Notes: generated by a model from the letters alone, not told the origin. A stretch of DNA of 64,000 bases from the human T2T-CHM13v2.0 reference genome, Homo sapiens (GCF_009914755.1 NC_060927.1), one strand, 5' to 3'. Counted from the first letter of the stretch, positions 16,792 to 30,472 are shown. Numbers and translations are program-made.

Positions 16792-17774
16792 CTGTAGCAA
16801 AAAGGGTACAGGGACAAGAAAATTAGGACATGACCATCTCATCTTTATCCTGGAGAAAGGGAAAGTGGAGATTATTTTGGTGGTAGAATCAAAAGTAGTA
16901 TTTATAGTTTAATTGCTTGAAGTAAATATTGGTAAAGTTGTAAATTCTGAGATAATACTGCTCCCTGTTATTCATCTTGTGACAAAGTGGTATTGATAAC
17001 AATGATTAGTTCTAAACAATCACTTTAGTCTTATTAAGTGTTAAATTTTATTTTTGCATATGTATGTAGCACATGCTTATAGAAAATTTGGAAACTACAG
17101 GAAGGGGTGTAAAGAAAACAAAGAGTAGGCTTTGTTGTCCCATCCTGTGTGCTGTTTCAAATTGCCATGCTCTTCCGACAGTATTTCTGTATGTGCATTT
17201 ACCTATGTAGATTTTATAAAACTGATCATGTTCAGAATATAATTTTGTATTGAAATTTTTTTACTCATTTTATCATAAACTTTTTTTATTAACTAGCCTT
17301 TGAAAACATAGTTTTGATGGCTGTGTAATGTTCCATTATCTGAGTGTGCAATATGTATTTACTCATCCTTTGTTGTTAAACATGTAGATTACTTCTAAAT
17401 TTTCAATATTGCGAATACTCTTGCAGTGAACATCATTGGACGTAAATCTTTAACCACAATGTTGATTATTCTCTTAGGATAGAGTCCTAAAGAATGCCCA
17501 TTGGTTTTAATTTGCAGTCCACACAAAGCAAATAAAATCATGTTATTTAAAAATGATTGCTTTCTATTAAAGAGATCTTTAAACTAGAGGTAGTTTCAAG
17601 ATTATATTATACTTAGATTTATTAAATAAGGACCACGTGCATGTGCTCTAATATGGCATTCTTTCTATTTTATTTTTGGCAAGTGAGGTTTAGTCTTAAG
17701 AAATTGAATTCTGCATGTTGTGTTTTAGTTTTTGAGGTGCCTCATTTCATAACATTTCACTTTTCTGTTCATAG

Positions 17775-18005
<231 letters not shown>

Positions 18006-18630
18006 TAGGCTTGATCAGTGATAATCAGATTTGATAACCTCATTTCCTTTCCTGCAAAATGGGGACAATTTATGCTAATCCAACATCATAAGGCTGTGTG
18101 GGTCCATTGAGCATATATGTTTAATATGTTACGTGTTTTGAGTACTATTAAATGCTGTTAAAATATATGGAGATGGTATATTATCATTAAACATCTTTTG
18201 TTTGGAGATGAAGTAGTTGATTACCTGAAGATTTGGGAACAGTGTATGATGGGAAAATATTTTCTCTGCCATACGGTTTTTAGTTTAGAAATTAGAAGAA
18301 TTTTGGACCTTAGTTCTTTTTTTTCTTCATTCCTTCCTTCTTGCCACATAGGAGATGATAACGGGATATGTCTGTTACTTCTTGAAAATAGCCATGTACA
18401 TATGTACAATATATGTATTACTGGGTTTTCAAGTTACGAACCTGACTTTTACGTTATAGTTAAGGCAGAAGACTGGCTGCTGATATAACTTATGTTATAA
18501 CAAAGTTAGCTGCCTTAGACAAAATGATGTATTTTTGCTCTGTGCTTTCCTGCACAATCTTCTTATTCTCCTTTGAAATCTGAGAATAAAATGCATCAAA
18601 CTAAAATTTATTCATTTTTTCCTAAGATAG

Positions 18631-18744
<114 letters not shown>

Positions 18745-20246
18745 TGATTATAAACTTAAGTTTCAGTTTTAAATTTGGTGAAGCCTTCTTAAGTATTTTC
18801 ATATGATTCTCAAGTGAAACCGAGGGCCTTTCAGAACCATCTGGGGAGCTTATTTTCAGCATTCACGTACCCTCCCCTTGACATTTGATATTGATTTATC
18901 TCCTAGTCACAGAACTGATGTTCTTTTAACTTAATCCTTTCAAACACTTAACAAATTATCACAGTCATAGAAAATGACAGCATCAGTGTTTTAAAATGTG
19001 AGTAGTCATTAAGGCAATTACATCTTTTATCAATGATCAGAGTACTTAATTTACTTCATGTAGGAAGTTAAGATCATTACTATTAAACATAATTATAAGC
19101 AAGTATTGATGAATAACAACCTCAAGGATTTAAAAGTTGAGTATCTAAATTGTACCGTATTTTACAGCATAGTAGTTATTTGAATTTTCATAATTCATAA
19201 TCATAAATCTTGGTAGATATGTAATCTGTTTCTATACTGCTGTGTGTTAATATAATTAGTTGTTTTCCCAATGATAAAGGGTATGGGTATATCAATTGCA
19301 GAGCACATAAAATATTAGAAATTGACAGTGTTGAAATTGTGTTTTCCAGCCAAGACAGTTGATTTTTAAAATGTAAGGCCGAGTCAGTGGCCACTGGAGA
19401 TTATTTTTCTGAAGATCCCCCTTTAATTAAAGCTGTATGCTTGTGATTGGGAAGGGAAAGGGGGAACTTTATTCTCTGTCCTACCCGTCTCCCTGATTGC
19501 TTTAGGTTTTCAGAAGATGGAAGTGTCAGATGTCTGATTACTTTGCCCCACTTGCATACACTTTACATAATTTATCACTGACTGTTTGTGTTAGTGGAGC
19601 ACTTTCCAGTACAGACATCCCACATCTTTACACCTCAGCATCATCATTATCTTAATCAGAAGACTCTTTCTTCATCCTTTTCTGATCCACATCCACACAC
19701 TCCACCCCAACTCACCCATAATCATTCCTCCAAATGTTGCATTTTTCTCTGTCTTCAAAATATATTTGTGTGCATACGTGTGTGTGTGTGTGTGTGTATG
19801 GCTAATGAGACTAAGTGCCATGTGTGATTTACCTTTATTAGACTGTAATACCTCAAGAGCTGGCATAGTGTTTTATTCATTTTTTCAAGCTACACATTCC
19901 TCACCAGCAATATGCCTCTCCTATAGGAAGCATTCTGTAACTGTTCATTGATTAGAAAGGGAGACAGCTGAAGAACTTTAGGTTCGTTTCACAGAAGGGT
20001 GTTTTCTTAACAGTTGTACACTGAAAAGAGCCCTGTACTGGGATCTGGAGAATTGGAACTGAGTTCCAGGTTTGCCACTTACTAAGTGTCCGAGAGCAAC
20101 CCAGTTTTCTAATGTCGTGAGACTAAATGAGAAGTTCAGGACTGAATCAAAAGTTAAATGTTAGGCAAAATTGCAAGAGGGAGAGGTTGGAGATGAAGCT
20201 CAGGGACTTACATGCTTAGGAGTTTGGATTTCTTATCTCTCTAATA

Positions 20247-20442
20247 CAGCATTTTTCAACCTTGGTAATTGTCCGTGTGCGTGGGGGTTTCCCCTGTGCA
20301 TTTTAGGATATTAAACAGTATCCCTGGTCTCTACTCATTAGATGCCAATACTACTGCCTCAGTTATAACAAACAAAAATGTCTCCAGATGTTGCCAGATG
20401 TCCCCTGTGGGACAAAATTTTCCTGGTTGACAACTGCCACAC
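20247..20442. mobile_element. MER20 (hAT-Charlie)
   Basis: AGATGCCA..AAAAATGTCTCCAGATGTTGCCAGATGTCCCCTG motif. Confidence 0.75.
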
Positions 20443-21149
20443 TAATGCAGAACCATTAAAATGGGTTAGTGGATGGGTTGGTTGTTTTAGGGAAATATTC
20501 AGTACTGTTTTTGTAATGAACCAGGCTTATTTTTTAAAATTCTGGTACTGTGGTAAATTACAAAAATTAAATTTAAAAATCATTTAAAATCCCACCATCC
20601 AGAAATTTTCAACCTTTGACAAATATTTTCTAGACATGCTGGAAGATTTTAAGGGTACAGGTTTACATTTAGATATATCATTTATATGTAACTTGTAGAT
20701 TTAGGTAGCTGGTGAGTGGAGTAGAGCAAGTAATTTTAACCTTCTCTTAGCCTCAATTTTCCCAACCCTAAATCAGGCCTAATACCCATTAGTTTACCCT
20801 ATTTGGGATGGGGCTTGGATTAAATAAATAAAAACCTCAAAGGATTCTAGAAGGAATTAAAGAGAAGTTATACATGAAAGTGCTTTATTAATTTTTAAAG
20901 TACTCTGTGAATTTAAGATATTGACCTTCTTGGAGTGATAACCTGTATTAGCCCCTCCTTATTTGGGAGAAGAGGAGAATTGGGAAGTGGTGAGATTTTT
21001 GTTGACTCTATAACAACTCCACACTAGCTCTCCAACTCAGTTTTTTTGTTTCTGAGATGCTACTTACAGGCTCCACATTTAGGTAAGTAAACTGCTTTGA
21101 TAGGAAAACATCAATAATTCATATTTTTCACATACATTTTGCAAGCTAG

Positions 21150-21390
21150 TTAGTAGTTGCTGTTTATTAAGGTCTGATTTTATGTCAGATGTGCATCATT
21201 GTATTTTAGCTTAATTTTCACGGGAACTGTGGAAGCTAGCAGACAGTACCACTACATTATAAATGAGGAACCTAGGACTTGGAAGATTAAGTGACTTTCT
21301 TAAAGCCACTCGGTGAGTTGGTGGAAGAGTCTGGATCTCTTCCCAAGTCTGTCTGGATTCCAGAACTAGGAATCTTTTCTATAAACCATT
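21150..21390. mobile_element. MIR containing a latent HPS3 pseudoexon
   Basis: Core CATTATAAATGAGGAACCTAGGACTTGGAAGATTAAGTGACTT. Confidence 0.7.
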
Positions 21391-21736
21391 GCTGCTTTAT
21401 TCATTAACTCTTTAGCAACAAAGGCAGTTCATTCTTTTGTGTAAAGAAAAATTTAGGTTGCTGTATATTGGACAGATGACTTTGGAATGGATCTTATATT
21501 TCACTTACTCTGCAAATAGAGTAAGCGATGGGCATGCAACGATCACACAGGGAATGGCACTGACATGTGGATAGAAGATGTAAGACCAAGTGGATGTTTA
21601 TTGGGAACATTATTCATAACTGTCACCCTTCTATTCCGGGAGAGGGCAGCATGTATCTGTTAAGAAGCTGTAGAATCATAAAGTTGCATTTTTTTTAATG
21701 TATGTTACATTCCTTAATATTTAAAATGTTCACTGG

Positions 21737-22036
<300 letters not shown>

Positions 22037-22443
22037 TCATTAGAACACCATTGCAGTTTGGGGGAAAAGGAAGTAAATGGTCGTGAAAACAGATTTGTGC
22101 TTATTAACAACATGAAATGTTACGTTAGGAACTAATACGGGAAAACATTGGTGTTTCTTATCCTATCAAACAATCTTTATAAAGTAGCTTAGTATAGACA
22201 TAGCATTAAAAAGAATATTCAAATGATTGTACTTTTCTTTAGAGGATAGTAGAAATTGATTGCAAAATAATATAGTAATTCAGCAATGAAATAATAAATC
22301 CAAATTTCATGTGGCTGATATAAAATAACCTTCAAAGGATTCTAGTAAGGAAAAATAAGTTACAACCATAAAGAAGCCTATGGATTTAAGAGACTGATTT
22401 TTTTCTTTGAAGTTATAACATTTTGTTACCTGAACTGGCTTCT

Positions 22444-22965
<522 letters not shown>

Positions 22966-23060
22966 AGGTATCATTTGAAAAATACCATAATGGCATTTGA
23001 GACTGAATTTCTAAAAATTGAATGCCAAAGTACAAGTAGAGGAGTTTTTTATTTTATATA

Positions 23061-23061
<1 letters not shown>

Positions 23062-23103
<42 letters not shown>
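23062..23103 (+). repeat. (CA)n microsatellite in the HPS3 3'UTR
   Basis: About 21 CA units. Confidence 0.97.
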
Positions 23104-23108
<5 letters not shown>

Positions 23109-23267
23109 GATACAAATGCTTTCAGGCTGCTTACCTTACCGTGTAGTGGTAACTATTCACTTCTTAATTTATGACCTCAATCAATTTAATTGTCTAGAAT
23201 GTAAAAAGTCTTTAAGACATAAGAATTCCTCAAAGAAGCCATACATTTTTTAAGGTGGGGATTGACT

Positions 23268-23273
23268 TTTATT
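23268..23273 (-). terminator. CP: CP distal poly(A) signal AATAAA (candidate)
   Basis: TTTATT on +; gives a 3'UTR of about 1.2 kb, consistent with two CP mRNA sizes. Confidence 0.6.
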
Positions 23274-23679
23274 CCAAGGAACAACATCAGTTCACTGTTG
23301 TTGGAGACATGACAATCATTTTCATCCCAAGAACACTTTAAGGAAACATTTTACAAGTATGCTTGAAAGAATGTCACTAACTGGTCCAGAATTTTATCTT
23401 CTTGATTTTTCCAGATTTCTCTATGTTTTTGAGAAAGATGTTAATGTTTTGCCATGGTAAAAGATTTCAAACCTCATTTTTTTTGTTCCTTTTCTTGTTA
23501 CTTTTAAGAAAACTCATGCTCTGTTTCTCTGAATCAAATGAAGTAGAAGTTTACAAAGCTAACTTTCTTCTTGTCTAGCTATTAACATGATTTGTCAAAT
23601 GCATGTTTTTTTCAGCCAAAGCCTTGTTTCCATTTTTGTTGATGTGTACTCTTGCTCTTTTAGCTAGAGTGTATGTGAA

Positions 23680-23685
23680 AATAAA
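23680..23685 (+). terminator. HPS3: Candidate HPS3 poly(A) signal AATAAA
   Basis: Canonical hexamer about 715 nt after the stop, followed by GT/T-rich sequence; a more distal ATTAAA lies at 24506-24511. Confidence 0.6.
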
Positions 23686-24230
23686 GAAATACATCATTGT
23701 ATTCACAACCATGTGTCTTCATTTATAACTTTTTGTTTAAAAAATTTTTAGTTCAAGTTTAGTTCATTGATATTATCCTCTGAATGCAGTTAAGGCTGGG
23801 CAGAAATTCTACTCATGTGACATCTGCCACAGGTCTATTTTGAAGCTTTTCTTCTAATGGCAATGTTTGTCCTTACCAGGATTTAATCTATAGAATTGTC
23901 TCTCAACTCTGCTTTTCTCCAGTTCCAGATAACGTCCTTAAGACCATCTGTTCAGGGGTTCACAAAACTCAAATTTGTGTCATTCTATTTTATTTATTTT
24001 ATTTTTTATTTCCTTCCCTCATACCTTGCCCATTCCCTCTGAATATTAGGTGTGATGTCAACAGCATGTTAGAAGGATCAATGGGAAGGCAATGATTGAA
24101 AACATTTCAATGAACCTTAATAGTGTTCCTTTGAGGAGCACCCAGGAGAATATCTGGTCATAGATCTTTTTTTAAATGCAGTTTTATAAAACCCTAACAG
24201 CGGTGATATCATTAGACTGTATGAATCAGT

Positions 24231-24236
24231 TTTATT
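24231..24236 (-). terminator. CP: CP proximal poly(A) signal AATAAA
   Basis: TTTATT on +; gives a 3'UTR of about 250 nt. Confidence 0.75.
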
Positions 24237-24354
24237 ACCTAGTGTACAAGTGTCAGTCATGTATCATTATATAGTCTGTTGATCTTTCCATTTGCAAAAA
24301 ATTAATAGTTTTCCCCCACAAATGTACAAAGTTGTATGCTTCCAGTCTTCTTTT

Positions 24355-24383
24355 AATGTTTATAGTCATTCCAAAGTAACATT
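24355..24383 (-). promoter_or_regulatory. CP: GAIT element (IFN-gamma-activated inhibitor of translation) in the CP 3'UTR
   Basis: Minus strand reads AAUGUUACUUUGGAAUGACUAUAAACAUU, a 29-nt stem-loop with complementary ends, at 3'UTR nt 78-106. Confidence 0.92.
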
Positions 24384-24460
24384 CTATTTTACACTTTCAC
24401 ATACATTGTTATGAATCATTGGTTTTTCTCTTTTTTCCACTTATCACCAATTTATTTCAT

Positions 24461-24477
24461 TCAGCCAGATTTGGTGT
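24461..24477 (-). CDS. CP: CP exon 19, coding part (secreted isoform C-terminus DTKSG*)
   Basis: ttttctatag|ACACCAAATCTGGCTGA on the minus strand. Confidence 0.95.
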
Positions 24478-24689
24478 CTATAGAAAAAGAAATTTTAAGA
24501 CCATTATTAAAAATAATATATGGTTAGAAATTAGTAGATGGTTCTTTAAATGTATTCCAATTTTTAATGTTACTTTACTCCTGATTCATTTATATTTTTC
24601 TGCTTTTTATATGTTTAAAAATCTCTCATTCTATTGCTGCTTTATTTAAAGAAAGATTACTTTCTTCCCTACAAGATCTTTATTAATTG

Positions 24690-25300
24690 TAAAGGGAAAA
24701 TGAATAACTTTACAATGGAGACACCTGGCAGACACCATCTTAACCAAAGCTTGAAGTTAACATAACCAGTAATAGAACTGATCAATATCTTGTGCCTCCT
24801 GATATGGTGTACTAAGAAAAACACAACATCATGCCATGATAGTCTTGCCAAAAGTGCATAACCTAAATCTAATCATAAGGAAACATTAGACAAACTCAAA
24901 TTGAAGGACATTCTACAAAGTGCCCTGTATTAAGGAATTATTCAGAGTAAAGGAGACTTAAAAGACATGGCAACAATGCAGTACATGATCCGGGATTTTC
25001 TTTTTCTGTAAAGAACATGATTAGGATTATTAGCGAAATTTGAAGATCTCTAGTTTTTAAATCATTGTTGCTTTTCTAATTTCGATCATTGTATTGTGGT
25101 CATGTACAAGAATATTCTTGTTTTTAGGAAAGATAGTTGTATGTGTATCTATACACGTCTGTGTGTGTACATATAGAGGGTGAGCATGAGAGGGAGATAG
25201 GGAAAAGAATGAGAAAGCCAATGTGGCTACGCACATCATTAATATTTGGGGAATCTGGGTGAAAGGTATATGGGAATCTGAAATTATGTCAAAAAAGTTT
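24690..25300 (+). mobile_element. Old L1 (L1MC/L1ME-type) 3' fragment
   Basis: ACTTTACAATGGAGACACCTGGCAGACACCATCTTAACCAA...AATCATAAGGAAACATTAGACAAAC motifs. Confidence 0.6.
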
Positions 25301-26409
25301 CAAAAGTTTCTCTTCATTGAATTAATATGTTGTTATACATTCAGTAAGCAAACTATTGTATTGGATTTGGGTACTTAGCTAGAAATACAGAATATATAGT
25401 CCCTGCCTGTAAGAAATTTAAAGCTAAGCAGGCTTTTCTAAGACTCATAATTAATGTAAACTTGCTCAAAGCTTTATTGGACTTATTTAAAGATGATTCA
25501 GACTGATAAACATGGCCACTGATTTTATGGGCCAAAGATAGTTCAAACTATCTTTTTTTATTCAGTCTGCTGCTTTCAGTCTCATGCAATACCTTTTCTC
25601 TTTGCAAAAGTCAAATTTCTCTTTAATTTTTTATCTAGTGTTGATTTTTACTTCATATTTGCTATTTGTTCTGTAATTTTTACTATAGCTTTAAAAACTA
25701 TCTCGCCTTTCTTAACCAAGCAGTAATCTCCCTCTTCTTTCACGGTTGTTACACAGGAGGAATCTTCTCTGTGGCTGTGTGTGTAGGGTTACCCTGTAGT
25801 GCCATACTCTGCATGCCAGGCATTTGCACACATGAATTCCCCAAATGCCTCCATGTTACTTACTCACCATTATTTTTTTGAGCAAGACCATCCTTTTGTG
25901 TGGTTTACATGCAACCACATGTAACCACATGGTTGCAAGTGTTATTTAAAGACTAAAGTTTTCTTTCTCATATTTGGCTCTCTTCACTTTGTTCAAGTTA
26001 TTGGCGTTAAATTTAGTGGCTTGTCTGTTAGAGTCTTTGATATTCTAGTGTTATCAGTGACTGCTCTAATAAAAAGGGCATTAATGGAAATAGTTTTTCA
26101 TGATGTAAGTTGTTTGTGTAAGACCCAGGAGCAGAAATTAAAACTTTCCATTTGCACTAAAGGTTAACCTTTCAGGGCTTTTTAAATCTTCAAATATATT
26201 TACATTTATATTTTCTTCATTTGTATGTTCCCTTTTTCCCCATTTTAGGGAGGAAAGACATAGATTGGTTTTCTTTACATAATTTCCTCCCTTTGAATTT
26301 ACCATTTCTAATTACAACAATCCTCAACTCGAAAGACCCAGGAAAGACCAAAGCCTGCAGCCACAGTGCAGGAATCTTACCAAAAAAACTGTTCATTTTT
26401 CTCCATTTT

Positions 26410-26411
<2 letters not shown>

Positions 26412-26451
<40 letters not shown>
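26412..26451 (+). repeat. (GT)n microsatellite in CP intron 18
   Basis: About 20 units. Confidence 0.97.
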
Positions 26452-26453
<2 letters not shown>

Positions 26454-26975
26454 CTACACATGGGGAGGGTTATTGCAGGGGTTGGGGAGCAGTGCATTTA
26501 AATTTTGTTTCTTCCCTGGATCTTTCACAAACAATTATCGGTAAGGTTCCTCCTTCCCCTTGGAAGCACAGAAAAGACACTGCCTATTTGAAATTATATT
26601 ATTTGGGGTTGTCTTGGGCTTCTCTTACATGGAGGTGCCACCTAGAAAAAAAATTGTTTTTTGTTAAGAAAGAAATTAGATTCTAAATGTGTCTTATGTA
26701 AATAATGGTTTGTTTCTTGGTAAATAACATGACTACTCCCTTATATCAGCTTTAAGTATAATTACACATTTGTATTAACTTAGAAATGACTGGTGCTGTT
26801 ACAAGTACTGGCTGTCAGGAAATGAGCAGTATCCCTCACCATTTAGCAGGAAAAAAATCCTGTTTGGAGGTAGAGAAGGAAGAAATCAGGGCAGCAGATT
26901 CACAAATGCTTCATATTGATGCATCATATTGGGGGAAGTATTTAGGCAAAGTAGTTCCTTTAGTTATATCTTTTA

Positions 26976-27224
<249 letters not shown>

Positions 27225-28170
27225 TCATGTCATTTGTTAATGTTCAGCTCAGGGATATTGAAAAAATGGATAAATCTGTTTTTAAAAAATCGAGCTCGTT
27301 TCTGTGTTTAATACAAATGGTAAAATGTGGTTTTTGTATTCCTAATAAGTCTTTGGTATCCACATCAAGTGGGTGTGAAAGAAAGATGTGATGAGAATGA
27401 ATTCATCAATCAGGACTACCTACAAACCTCCTGTACCTTGATTCTGGTTTGCCTGTTTGTCATAGCACTTAAGCTACACAAAAGGAACTCAGCTGTGGCC
27501 CCATTTCAGCCCTAGCCTCACTTTTGCCTGAATCTGTCCTAGCTTGTCTGAAGCTTTAAGTCAAGGTAAATAATAAAGGAAGCAGAAAAGGAGGCTGATG
27601 AAAACGACAAAAACCAGAGGCACTTCAGGGAGTCTCGGCTGGAAACAGTAGTTGGGTGACAATAGTCTATTTCTGCAAGGATAGAATTGAAAGCCCACTA
27701 AGAATACAATATATCTATGTAAAACAAAATGCAGGTAACAAAACAGGCTTTCTGCAGTATGCTTTTTGATAACTTCTGCCTTTTCTAAATTAGCCCAAAG
27801 CATAAGGAAAAAGCATTTCCAGGAGGGCCACTGGCTTCTGCTGAAATCAGTACTGAGAAAGAATAGAAGTAAGATTGAGATGTACAGACCAGTTGCTTGT
27901 CACCTAACTGATCTTGCTCACCATGGGCCATTTAAGATACAGAACTTAGAACAGGCAGGGCAAGGGTTATAATAAAGTCTTGTTGTGGTCTCTACTCTCA
28001 TCCATCATTATGTGAACATTCCTACCCTCTTTGTTAGCAATTCCGCTCAGTTGCCTTAATCAGGAATCTGAGCAGAACTCCATGAAAATTCAGTTAAAAG
28101 TGCAAATCCTAGGAAGAGCTCAATGTGTAACAAAGGCTAGTGTGTCAATTGAAATTGCTGTGCCTTATAT

Positions 28171-28493
28171 AGGCATCCCTCAGTATCTATGGAGGATTGG
28201 TTTCAGGAATGCCCCCATACCAAAATCCATGGATGCTCAAGTCCCTTATATAAAATGGCATATTTCCATTTAACTTATGCACATCCTTCCATATACTTTA
28301 AATCATCTCTAGATTATTATAATACCTAATACAGTGCCTACATATCATTTCATTTGCATGGATTCAACATAGTACTCAGTGCAGCAGATCCAAGTTTTGC
28401 TTTTTGGAACTTAGTGGAATTATTTTTTCCTGAATATTTTCAATCCATGATTGAATCCTGGGTGGGGAATCCACGGATATGAAGCACCGGCTG
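28171..28493 (+). mobile_element. MER2-family DNA transposon
   Basis: CATCCCTCAGTATC..GGATTGGTTTCAGGA..AAAATCCATGGATGCTCAAGTCCCTTATATAAAATGG. Confidence 0.8.
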
Positions 28494-28600
28494 TACTCTT
28501 TGCAGCTTTTTTTCATAAGTCTCTCTGAGAAAATATTTTCTTCACTTGTATTAAAACATTTTCAAACAGAGCAAGAGTAATTGCCATGGATAGCTCTTAC

Positions 28601-28740
28601 CTTGTATTGGAAGCTATGGCCGTGAAAATGTACAGTGTGTAAGTCTATTTCATTGCCCATTCCCATCAGATACCAGTTGACTTCATCTCCCACGTGCATT
28701 GTGAGGCCTTGTAGGTTTCCAAACATTCTTCCATTAATAG
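28601..28740 (-). CDS. CP: CP exon 17
   Basis: [18 protein letters not shown]...[15 protein letters not shown] (HxxHxH copper motif); 140 nt. Confidence 0.96.
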
Positions 28741-29175
28741 CTAGGGAAAGCATATGGTTTTATGTTACTTTTCAGGATATTTTAAACCAATAGCTATTTC
28801 AAAGAAAATATGATTATTAGGTTAATGTAAAGAATCTTTTTGATGTAATAGGACTTATTTTACTACAAATGAGAGAAATGGATACTTTAAAGTCAATAAT
28901 ATCACATTGCTTTTCTAGGCACTTTGCACCAAAAGCCTTAATCTTAGTTTTGGATTATTTCAAAGGAAATGAGATTTTGGAATTGGAAAATAAATTAGCA
29001 AATGATTTTGAACATAGTCCCCTTTTTGTTTTGAACAGGATTCTACCTGACATACAAAGTGAGGCAGAAGTGGTTTATTTTAAGACAAAACAAATGAATG
29101 GTCTCCAAAATAATTTTATTTGAAAGAGAAAATGATAAAAAAGTAGAAAAATTGTTTTAGAATAATGTGACATAC

Positions 29176-29392
29176 CATGCATTTTATTGCTTTCTATGAA
29201 TTCCTCATCATCTTTGTTTACTTTCTCGGGGTGATCAGAGTATGTTTTGATGTTGTCATCTAAGTACCAAGATTCATTCTCATCAAAAACTAGAAACAGA
29301 AGGGCAAATTCCAGTTTCCTTCTGGGATTGAATACTTTCAAGTAAGGTCTTCGACAAACAATCAGGGGGCCAATTAATCCACTGTAGAGGTC
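29176..29392 (-). CDS. CP: CP exon 16
   Basis: [29 protein letters not shown]...ESNKMH; 217 nt. Confidence 0.96.
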
Positions 29393-30316
29393 CTGGAAAC
29401 AAGGAAAATCTTCAGTAACCCTTGTGAATTAGGTCAGGATTTCAGAGAACTGAGACTTTGCACCCAGGGCCTCAGGAATTTTGGAGAGACCAATTGAAGT
29501 AACAGACTTTGCCCAATGTGGTACTGCCAATTTAGTAACTTTTCACTTGAAGTAGTTAAATTGGAACAATGGTGAGTAGTAGGTAGGTCATGTGGGTGAT
29601 GCTGACATAACAGAAATGTCTGCAGAGGCAAAAATTAGCTCAGCTAATGAGCAGTGATTTTAAAAGAATCCCAAATGAACAGTGTTGGTTTGTTCCATAA
29701 ACTCATGAACTCTTGAGTGTGAGCCAAGCGCTATGGCAGTCCCTAAAAATCCATAGATGAATGAAATGTGTAATAATAAATAGGACCACAAATGCCAGAT
29801 TTACTCATTTGTTTGAGCCAGAACACTGAATTATCAAGGAGCTACTTCCCCCGGCTCACTCAGGCACTTCACCCACCTATCTATAACCGACTCCATTTCT
29901 TTTCTCCCTCCTTACAGTAGAGGTCCTTGAAATTTGCCTCACGTATTACAACGGCCTCCCAACCTCCAGTCTCTTCCCCCTCCAAGCCTTCCTTCATTCC
30001 ACCAGAATGAAGGATCTGAAATGCAAATATACTGCCATTCTTGGTCAATTTTTCAGTGGCTACCTGTGACCCACAAGACAAAAATCTAAACTTCCCAAAT
30101 ATCTTGAAAGGCCTTTGAGCTGTATCATATTAGGAAATGTTAGATTTTTGTCTTGTGTGTCATAGGTAGCAGCATAGTTGCTAAAGTAGATTGCAAACAG
30201 TTTATTTTCCTAGGATTTTAACGTAGAATTGGACCACAGGAAAACACTAACCTTGTCTTCCTTCAATTGTGTGTCTATTTTGGGAAGTGTCACAAAACAA
30301 ATGATTTGTATTTTAC

Positions 30317-30423
30317 CTTAACTTGATCCACAGTTGAATAATAAGCCCATGGAATACAAGCAGAATCCTCTGTTCCAGCTCCAGATCTTTCTGGGATTTT
30401 CCATACGTAAGTGAGAGTTTCAC
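30317..30423 (-). CDS. CP: CP exon 15
   Basis: [36 protein letters not shown]; read manually; 107 nt. Confidence 0.95.
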
Positions 30424-30470
30424 CTAAATTCATCAAGTGTTAATGGATCTGGTTGTATTTGGTTTATATT

Positions 30471-30472
<2 letters not shown>

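Noticed and set aside
24451-24456. Minus-strand AATAAA just after the CP stop
   Set aside because: Its use would remove the GAIT element and give an implausibly short UTR; no support for use
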